Below are positions 11,215 through 20,939 of a stretch of 64,000 nt of DNA, one piece after another. This stretch comes from Dudresnaya verticillata (taxonomy: Eukaryota), in the NCBI GenBank assembly GCA_977862235.1, contig OZ374564.1, positions 1,426,001-1,490,000 on the forward strand, in the 5' to 3' direction. Numbering within the stretch: position 1 is the first letter of the stretch; each line of letters begins with the position of its first letter. A program made the translations under genes and the position numbers. A model generated the notes under the pieces. It saw only the letters and a list, made by a program, of their open reading frames with translations. It did not search any database and had not been told where the DNA came from.

Positions 11215-11799
11215 GTAAAGCGCCAAGCAGGCCTAGGAGCTTGAGGATACCCCCGCCTTCGCACCCGGTGATACTACCGCTACCGAACCGGGCTACGTAA
11301 GCCGTTCCAGCGCCTGTTGTTGCTTATTCTGCCCAGTGGGCGCTTTAAATATCATGAAGCCTCTTTGAATCGTCCAACATCAGCGCTTTCATCTTTTCTT
11401 GCTGTACAGCAATGGTAGAATATGCTTGCGGAAGCCTTTTGACTTCAGTACCACTGTCCGGTGTGCCTGCATTGGGTTTCGTGCCGCGCACACTTCCACA
11501 TTTCGACTTCTGTACAGAAGTCGTTGTCTCACACCAGTTTTCGTCGGACTCATCTGCATCCTGTTCATCCGATGGAACGGTACGCGCAGTATACCTCCAA
11601 GACAATCTTGGGTCCTCCTCCGCCTCATACGCCGCTCCTGAATCTCTTCCGCGCGAGCACTTTTTTAGTTCAACGGTACCGTTGACTTGGTCGGAGGTGT
11701 TCGCGTCCTCCTCGAAGACCCGAATGATGTAGTCGCAATGGAATGCGACATTAGCACAGCTGGAGAAGGCCAGGGAATCTCGTGAAATCTTCCCTGCAC

Positions 11800-11838
11800 A
11801 GAACCCAACTTCCGACGACTCGTCGGAAGTTGGGTTCT
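11800..11838. repeat. Perfect 19-bp inverted repeat with 1-nt spacer
   Basis: AGAACCCAACTTCCGACGA-C-TCGTCGGAAGTTGGGTTCT. Confidence 0.95.
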
Positions 11839-11857
11839 CTGTGTCTGCACATAGTAT

Positions 11858-12391
11858 GTTCGACCGTCCAGAAGCAAGGCGAGGGCGAGAAGACCTATGG
11901 GGTGCGGCTGGCCGGGACATGTATTCGTTGCGGTAACGTGTCTCCCGACTGGGAGAAGATGACCCCACGTTCACCGGGCAAGGCTCGGATGGCAGGACCG
12001 AGGTCCGCTACGTCAAGACGCGCGACGGCAGCTGGTATGCCACCAATGTTATGCTCGCGGGCATATCGCGCCGGACTGCTTCCTCCGCATGAGCGACTTC
12101 ATAAAGGTTATTACCAACTATGAAGGACTAACCAACGCCGAGAAGGCTTGTGTCGCCGCTGATGCGTATGTCCTTTGTAAGGAACGCGCAACTCGCGATG
12201 CTGCCCGCCGCGCTGCACGACCGCGATCGCCACAAGGCGGACCCATTCCGCAAGCGATAGAACGTCACCTGACGATGATCAATCGCTACGTAGCGCCACA
12301 ACCACCGCCAGAGGCGAAAAACCAACTCGGGCACCAAATCCTGACACTGGAGTGTCGCACCGGGAAGAGAGGCCTAGGCCTCGGGTGCTGA
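11858..12391 (+). pseudogene. gag: Element B gag remnant with CCHC zinc knuckle
   Basis: QKQGEGEKTYGVRL...RCGNV, then an internal deletion, then CHQCYARGHIAPDC. Confidence 0.75.
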
Positions 12392-12470
12392 CACGGAAGG
12401 AGGGCCCGACCTTAGTTAATGATGACGCCAACGGGCGGATAGAGTCGTCTCAGACGTCATTAAAACGCCC

Positions 12471-15400
12471 ATGGAGAAGGTACCAGCCCACCAGGCGCGG
12501 GGACAGTTGTTCGTAATGGCCAAGAGGAACTACAAGATGTACACCGACTTGGGCGCAACCGTTAGTACCTTGGCACATAAACGCACTGTCCTGGAGACGG
12601 GGGCTGGTCCGAATTTCATTCGCATTGACGACATTTCGCTGGAAACGCGATCACGTATTGTGGCAAAGAGCCTCCCCGTCATAGCCGACGCCCATAACAA
12701 GGCGATCCAGACAAGAAGTACCATCGACCTGGCGTCTGGGACGGCCGGTTGTAAAGATGGAACTAAGCATTTGTGAACGGCTCTCTGCGCCGGTTACACT
12801 CGGTTGCGATTTTTGAGACCGGTTTGTAGAAGCGATTTATCCGCGAAGTCGCGAGGTTGAATTGGATGACGGGAATCGTGTCCCTATAACACGCCGTCCC
12901 CTTCGCCGACCCCCGTCGTATCCTCCGTTACCAACGAAACAGGAATACGGCAATGCCGGAGGAAGGACGTCGCCCAAGATACGAGTTACGGAGCGTGCGA
13001 TCATCCCGCCCCAGGCGCAGCAATGGATATCGGTGGCCATCGAACGCGACGGCGTCATTATATTTCAACCGTTTGGAACGCTGTACCACAAACAAGGTTT
13101 GGCCGTTACGAACGGAATCGCTCAAGTGGAGCCGCTAAAAGCGTTTCACATTTTCGTTGCCAAATTGTCCCCTCGCCGGCAGGCACTGGCCATGGGCCAA
13201 GTCGTCGCGACGACGTTGCCACATCCGGCAGCAGTGTTCCCCATTTACGTAAGTCTAGCCGATGTTTTGTGCCTCACCGAGGAACAGGCAGAGGAGGAGA
13301 AGGCAAACCAAGATTTCCGTTTTCAAACGAATGATGACATCACGGCACAGACGTATACCTTCACGAAGTCTATCGAGGCAACCATTGCCAAGCCTCCGTC
13401 ACTAGACGATTTGGACCTGGGGCATCTCCGTGCCGAACATCAAGTCCGGCTGAAGGATATGTTACGCAAATACGCGTCAATGTGGGACGGTTCATTGGGA
13501 AAATCTCAACCACGGAGCACTGCCCGCGTGAGACCACCTTAAACAACCAGTAAACGTTCACCATCACTACATCGATTTTCTTCCCAGCTCTAAACCGATA
13601 TCGTACCCCCCTTATCGAGCTGGGCCAAAGCAAAGACAATTCGCTCAAGCGGAAGTGGACCGCATGCTGCGTCAAGGGGCCATCGAACCTGCAAAATCGT
13701 GGTGGGCGTCACCAGTGGTCTTTTCCCCAAGAAGTACGGGACCCCCCGCTTTTGCGTAGACTATCGCCGTTTAAACGCAGTAACCGTACGGGATACGTAC
13801 CCGCTTCCGCATATCGACGAGTGAATTGATAGTCTAGGGGAGGAAAACGTGTTCACCACCCTAGACTGTAACAGTGGGTACTGGCAGGTGCAAATAAAGC
13901 CGCGAGACCGCGATAAGAATTCTTTCACGTGCCATGCCGGACTGTTCCGCTATAAGCGTATGCCTTTCGGTCTCACGAACGCACCCGCTACGTTTCAACG
14001 GATGCTTGACATCTACGCGCTGGTTACAAGTAGCGTTCATGCCTCGTCTACCTTGACGACATAATCGCGTAATCAATCTTCTTAAGCGACATCGAAAGCC
14101 ATTTACGTCACGTTGAAGAGATCGTATCGACCCTACATCGAGCCGGGGTGACTTTGAAGTTGAAGAAATGTGACTTCTTCACTCCGACCGTCAACTAATT
14201 GGGTCATATCGTACGTACAGGACGACTGGAAGTCGATCGAACTGTCACTGCCGCACTGCGCGAGGCCAAGCATCCACGGGATCAGAAGGAGCTACGGAGC
14301 TTTCTCGGCCTGTGTAACGTCTACAGACGGTTCGTATCGCAATACGCGCACGTCAACGCACCCCTCAACACGTTTTGAGGAACGAACGAGACTTCCGCTT
14401 GTCACCATTTAATGAGGCACACGCCAAAGCATTCAGCACACTCGTAAAGGCTGTGAGCAACCCGCCCATTCTGGCGTAATCACAACAGGGCCTACCCTAC
14501 TCTGTTGATTATGACGCTAGCGTGTATCAAGTCGGCTGCGCTCTCTTTCAAACGCAGCCGGACGGGGAGCGGAAGCCACTCGGCTTCTGGTCTCTATCCT
14601 TCACCGCTGCAGAGCGTAACTACTCGGTCTCTGAGAAGCAGTGCCTCGCATTATTATGGTCCGTCATAACGTTTCGACCTTACCTCCAGATGGAGTCAGT
14701 CACCGTTCACACCGATCATTCGTCGTTGAGGTGGCTAAGCGACCTCTCTGGACGGTTAATGCGGTAGCGACTTCGCCTTTCCGAGTTCGACTTCGTCGTG
14801 AAATACAAAAAGGGGTACCTGAATACTCAGGCAGATGCAATTTCGCGTGTAAAGATGAAGGGGAAACCGTCAAACCAATTGACGATGATACACCATGCTA
14901 TCCTGAAAGTTACGTCAAAGACGGACACAACACGTCGGAAGATGATTTGTCAGACGCCGAAGGCGAGGTCGACTTCTCCGAACGAGAGTTCCAATCGTTC
15001 GACCAAGTGTTGATCAACAACACGCCACAGGCGGATAAGGTACTCCCGCGTCAAGTGACGCACGAAGAGTTGGTACGTGCTCAAGGCAATGACCAATAGT
15101 GTTCAGAAATCCGGAAACGTCTGAACGGCGGGAGCTCCTTACCGTTCGCAACTGAGGAACAGGGCCTGTTGGTCCGAACAATGGAAGTCCACACACAAGT
15201 AGTCGTACCATCCGCGTTAAGCTCTCGCTTACTCCACCTCTGGCACCTCGCCAAGTTGGCGGGGCACCCAGGGGGGCGGAAGTTATATCATACGCTTCAA
15301 AGCGAATATTATTGGCCATCGATGCCAGTTGACTGTTACGCGACCGTCCGGAACTGCGTCACTTGCGCTAAGAACCGTATACTGTTGCGAAGCCTCTCGA

Positions 15401-15505
15401 GTTCGTGTCGATCGACATCCTGGGCGAGCTCATACGCACGAAGCGGGGAAATGGGTTCCTACCCGTCATCGTGGACCGCTTTTCGAAGCTGTTCCGGACG
15501 GTTCC
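12471..15505 (+). pseudogene. pol: Element B pol, 5' part (protease, RT, RNase H, integrase zinc finger)
   Basis: [71 protein letters not shown]; many stops and frameshifts. Confidence 0.9.
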
Positions 15506-16340
15506 TGTGGCATAGACGTCAGGTCGAACTGACGTCTAGCTGCGCTGGTCGATCAGTCGCACCCAGACCCGTCGAAGGGTGGTAGCTGGTGGTAGAGCGG
15601 TGGTGTCGGCCGCGCGCGCCGTCGACGGTCGCGGATCAACGGCGTCGAAGCCTGAGCGCGCACGGGGCGTACTGTACGCGGGCGGCAGCGGCCGGATCCC
15701 TGCGTCCCCGTCGTGGGGCGGCACGAAGCCGACGGTAGGGAAAGGAAAAGGAAAGCCTAGATGGCTAGGGAAAGAGGGAATCCGTAGGGCGAAGGACTGG
15801 GAAAGAAACCCAAAGCAGAAAGGGCAAGCCTGGCGTAGGCTGGCTTGCCTGGTTTACTGAAGCCTAGAGGGGCGACTACTAGATATACTACAGGGCCTGC
15901 GGCGGCACCAACCCGGGAGGTGCGCCGGCGCGCCCCAACACGCGTCGACGCGTACGGGTAACGGTAACCCGGGGGCGCGCGTAGGCGGAACGGTCCACAC
16001 GTACTCAACGGCTCGACGCCGGAGTGCGCGCGCGCGTGTCACGCACTCAACGGCTCTGCGCCGGAGTGCGTGCGCACAGCGCGCGGGACAGCACGGCGTT
16101 CGACCGCCGCTTACACTAGAGGGTGCTGTACACTTACAAAACAATAAACGTAGAAATTACATGGGCGTTTCAGTGTCACACGCGAACGCGTGTACACGTG
16201 GGCGCCACTGCGCACTCCCTTACAGTTCAGCGGGGCTTCGGCGCCACCGGCTGACAGCGTGCCCACAGCAGTGCACACGTGGCGCAGCTGGTCTTACAGC
16301 TGCGCGTGCGTGGCACAGCTGGTCTTACAGCTATGCCACA
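15506..16340 (-). repeat. 3' LTR of element C
   Basis: 10-bp terminal IR TGTGGCATAG..CTATGCCACA; about 5 differences from 28048-28882 seen by eye. Confidence 0.97.
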
Positions 16341-16343
16341 CAA

Positions 16344-16352
16344 TCCCCCCTC
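16344..16352 (-). other. Polypurine tract of element C
   Basis: GAGGGGGGA, 3 nt before the 3' LTR on the minus strand. Confidence 0.8.
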
Positions 16353-16672
16353 AAGCGCGAACGTCTCGGTCGCGACCGTTACAACGCGCACGCTGTAGGG
16401 TGGTCAAGACGGCGCCCGGGATTGGCCAGCGGGCTCCCGGGCGTCCGTCGGTGACGTGCGTCGATGCCACGTCGGGTGTGCCCGCGCTGAGCCGCGACGG
16501 GCTATTTAGGGAGCCGCCTCTGCGGCTCCGAGGGGTGGGTGGTCTGGTCATCGCTCACCAAGACCACCAACACTCCCTCCCCCACGCGTACAGCTGCCTG
16601 TCGACCAGTGCCATACGCTCGAAGCTTTCGACGCTCTCAACTTCCTCCCCCATCGCCAGCGTCGACGCGGCG

Positions 16673-19470
16673 ATGGAGTCACGCGAACCGATCGCGGACG
16701 GCGCCCCCGCCGAGGGGGCGCCGGTTACCAAGCCCACCTCCTCGACTGAGTCAGTCGTAGGGGGTGCGCCTGCCGAGCCGGTGCCAAGGGCGCCGGCTAG
16801 CGGGGAGGCGCGGCCTTCGACGGCCGCGCCAACCGCAGAGCGACCTTCGACGGTCGCTACAGAAGAGGCGCAACCTTCGACGGTTGCGCCAGAAGAAGCG
16901 CCCCCATCGACGGGTGCGCTGGGCAAGGCCGGGGCTGCTGCACCGGCTTCTTCCACCGGGGCGGGTGGCGTCGACGCCAACCCCACCCCAACGCCCGCCG
17001 CTGACGTCTGGTCAGAGGCGGTGGCCCTTGCTGCGGCGCAGGGCAAGAGAGTGAAGGACCCGAGTGGGGCGGCCTCTGCCGCCCCGCGCCCAGTAGCGGC
17101 GGCTCGGGTCTTTCAGCCGACTGGCCCGCCTCGCGCGGGGCCTACGGCTCACAGCAATCAACCCGCTTCGACGCGAGGAGGGGCACCCGCGGAGCAGCCT
17201 TCGCGCTCCGCGGTGCCGATGGTGGCGAGGGTGCTCGACCTGAGTCGGTCGAGGTCACCCACGCCATCAGGGTCGAGGAAAGTCCCCGCAGCGGCGGCGC
17301 CCTTTGTGCCGCGCGATCCTAGTGGCTTGGGGCCGTCGACGGCCCCGACGCCGTCTCCCGTGGCCTCTGCCAACGCAGAGGGGGAGGCTGCGGGCGTGGG
17401 TGAGTCCACCGCTGCGCCCGTCGTGCCTCTTGTTGGGGTGTCGGTCTCAGTCGGACCGCCCCTCATGGGCCAGGCGCCCCCTGGACAGCACGCGCCCCCG
17501 ACCGAGACGGTCTTCGCCTGGGGGCGCCGCGCCACCAGATCCCGCTGGATCAGTGGCGCGGGCTGCAGGAGCCTCGGGCAGACGTCCGGCGGCTCCTGAG
17601 GGTGGCCCACGCGAGCGTGGACGGAGGGGCGGCAGCCTATGCCGCTTTCCTCCCGGCTCACGCCATAGTCTGGCTCACGCCGTTGGGGTTACCCTGCGAC
17701 GTTTCTTACGTCGCCTCCCTTGAGGAGCTTCGGCGGGTGGACAGGGCAGCCGATGCCCTCTTCCTGACACCCGCCGATGAGTGGGCCCCGCCCCTGCCTG
17801 CCACCATCCCAGAGATGCGCACGGTGCCCGTCGAAGAGCCCGTGGACCTCGCGCACCGTCTGGCCGATGCCGACTCTGCGCGCCGCCTCTTTGGGGTGTG
17901 CTTCGGGGAGCGGGACTGGGACGTGTGCAAGGCCCCGGGCGAAGGACGCCCGTCAAAGGGGTGCAAGTTGCACCCGGCGCTCGACGCGGCCCGGTTCCCA
18001 TCAGCGGAGTGGTACTCCCACCGGGAGATGCCATCGGGATTCACTATCCCGTGGATAACCGTAGACCGGTATTTCCACTACGCGACAGTCGGTCGCGTAG
18101 CTGCTCGTCGTGAGCTCCTGGCTAGGCGCTCAGATGAATACGCCTTCGAGGTGGGCCGCCGCTACTGCAGCGAGCTCCTCGCGAAGGGGACAGGCTGGGT
18201 CTTCGACGACCGCCTGATTAATTTCCTCGCGACCGGCTGGTCAAGCGAGAGGCCGTGTTTCCCAGACTTGCTCCGTCCTTCGGATGGCACGTCTTTTGGG
18301 TTCGGCGAGCTACTCGGCGTAGTCCGCCGAGTGGCTGCAGCAACCGAGAAGCACACGCGGAGGCGTCACTTCTCTTCACGCGTCGACGCGTTCGTGTGTG
18401 GCTTCTTGCCAGAGACAGGGGCCCTCTACAAGATCCAGCGCAATCGTGGCGCACGTGACCGGCGGGAGCACGTCGAGCGCTCCGGGTTCGCCTCGATGGC
18501 CGAAATGGCCCGCACTGAGCGCGCCGGTCGTCGCCGTCGTGGCCTGGGTGCTAACCCTGGGTCAGCCGCGGCCGTCATGGCGGCGGAGACCGAGTCATAC
18601 ATCCCGCCGCCCCCAAGGGCATCCGCGCGTCGTGCGCCAGCCGCCCCTGCGGCAGTCGGCGGACCGGCTGCTGCGGGGCCGTCGACGGCCCGCGCCCCTC
18701 CGGCCGGTGCCGTTGAGGTGTACCAGCCCCCGCCGGCCCCGTCTGGGTCGCCGGCGGTGGCTTATATCCCACCTCCTCCAGTGGTCGACCCACTGGACGA
18801 GGCGGTGAGTGCGGCAGACTGGGCCGATCCGACTGTACGCAGCGCGGCCTCCTTGGCGCGCGTCGGGCAAGGCGTGTCGACACGCACGCTCCTGCAGGCC
18901 CTGGCATCGAGCGCAGTGGCGCTGCAGGAGGACGTCAACGCCTCCAATGCCGTCGCGGTTCGATACCGCGACGAGCGGGACGGCTTTGCCGGCGAGGTGC
19001 AGAGGCTCCGCGGGGAAGTCCAGCGCATGTCTTATGCCCCGGCGCGCAAGAGGCTTCGCGAGGAGTACCAGCCGCCCCCGACGGGGTATGCGTCGATGCA
19101 GCCGATGCAGTCGTACGCTCCGGGCCCTTCTGGCCCGGCTGCCCCTTGGCAAGGCGCCGGGCAACTGATGTACCCAGGCGCTCAGGGCGGCGCAGGCGCG
19201 CCGCCCAGTGCTGCAGGCGTCGTGCCACAGCAAGCGGTTCTTCCGCAAGTGAGGGGCCCGTCGATGGGCCCTTACCGCCCTGCAGCTCCCATAGGTGGGG
19301 GCGCAGTGGCGTACGGAGGCTCGGCGCCTCCGCTTCCCGCCGGGGGTCTTCCACCACCGCCAGCGGCAACCACAACGGTGGTTGAGGGCTACGTGCCCGC
19401 GGCGTCGGAGGCAGCGGGCTCTGCGCCCGCCTTTCCCGGCGTGGGTCCTGGGGGCGAGGCCGCCCAGTAG
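16673..19470 (+). CDS. Antisense accessory ORF of element C (~900 aa if joined): P/A-rich N-terminus, unknown globular domain, coiled coil, NLS-like PARKRLR
   Basis: ATG 16673 frame runs to 17599; an overlapping -1 frame is open 17404-19470. They could be joined by a 74-nt GTGAGT..CAG intron (17400-17473) or a 1-nt indel. Confidence 0.75.
16807..16920. repeat. Four 30-bp tandem units, each a stem-loop with a WTCGAC loop
   Basis: ggcgcggcc/ggccgcgcc, agcgacc/ggtcgct, ggcgcaacc/ggttgcgcc, agcgccccc/gggtgcgct. Confidence 0.9.
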
Positions 19471-20939
19471 TTATGCCGTAGTGGCTTATGCTGTAGAAGC
19501 ATCCTAGTTCGAGGCGGTCGATCGCCTCGCTAGTTTTTAGGCCGCCGCTGCGTGTCTGGTTCATTAAAGGGCAAGGGGTGGGCGAAGACTTCGGTCCGCG
19601 ACGACGCGTTTTCAACAGCTGCGCCTTCGACCGCGCGGCTGCGTGCGAGCTATGCTCGCTGTAGCAGGTGGTGGGGCTTCGACGCCCCACCTCCTCATGG
19701 GTGCTATTGTGCCTGACCCGCGTCGAAGCGGGTGGCGGTCCGCAGTGCTGGCGTCGACACCACACAGGGGGCTGCCAGCGCGCGCAACGCCGCGTCGATG
19801 CGGAGCGTCAGCGCGGATCGGGTGCCCCTAGTGGCATCGCGGCTTTGCGCCGGAGGTGACCGCGTCGACGGGGTCCCCTCCGCCGGGAGTAGCCACGAGC
19901 GTGGCGGCGGCTTGTGCAGCCAACCCCACGCCAGGGGCGTCGATGCCCCTGGATGAGTGGGCAGAGGCCCGGGGGTGTCGGACCCCATTGGGCGTTCCCA
20001 ATTATTTGTGTTTTGGCTACAGTAGACACTGTAGTCTGAACACAAATCTGCGCCTCTGCGCTTGTGGGGCGCACGCGTCCCAAATATGGGTAAGCGCGCG
20101 CCTGTATTTGGCAGGGGCCGGTCGTCTGCCGCGGTGCCCTCGGCCTTCCCATCGTCGCGGTGGTTGTGCCGCTCACGCGTCGAAGCGCAGCGGTGCAACT
20201 CGAAGGACGCCGGCCTTCTTGGCTCTGGCGCCCCACATCGTCGTGGGGGCTGTGCGCGTTGGCACCCCGCCCGGCTAGGCGCCAGGGCGGTGGATGTTGG
20301 CCGACGATTACGCGCGACGGCGGCGCGGCGTTGGTGAAGGGGTCGCCGACGCCTGTCCTCCGCCATCTGCGTGCAGCTGCCGCTTGACGTCGATGTCGGT
20401 GGCGCTTCGGCTTGGATGGCTCAGTGGCTTCTCCAGCCGGGTCGCGTCGAGCTTCGACGCTCGTTTCGCGTGCGCATATGGCGAAGGCCCTCCGTCCGAG
20501 TCGACTCGGCGTGCGCGTGCCCTCGTTTTTGCCTGGGCTTCTGCCGCGTGGCGGTGGAGAAGGGGGCGTCGACGCCTGCCCTTCGCCACCTGTGCGCGGC
20601 TTCGCGGCGGCGTTGGTCAGACAACCCCCGACGGTGCGGGATGTCTTCCGCGTAGCGGAACTTCGCTACTACCGGGCGTCGAGCCGGTAGTGGCGAGGGG
20701 CGTCGTGCCCAGCGTCCCTGCGATGCGCAGTTCGCAGAGCACCCCTGCTCCTTGGCCTCTGCCATTGGCGCGGGGTGCTTTCTGCTTGGGCCGCCGGCAT
20801 AGGCAGCCGCAATTCATGCCCTTACCGTGGGGCTTAGGCCCCACGTGTTCCCGTCGCTGGGAAGAAGGCAAAGGATGCCTGGATGAGGGTAATAACAGGC
20901 AAAGAATGCCTGAGGCAAAGAATGCCTGGGGCCCCCTCC

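Noticed and set aside
16807..16920. Repeat-spacer-like array as CRISPR
   Set aside because: 30-bp tandem units without unique spacers, inside a retrotransposon ORF; eukaryotic context and no cas genes.
17602..19470. Extra ORF as an env gene
   Set aside because: Antisense to gag-pol; no signal peptide or transmembrane segment visible.
19480..20930. Many overlapping 60-280 aa ORFs
   Set aside because: GC-rich stop-poor DNA giving R/A/P-rich translations with no motif; treated as the non-coding spacer of C.
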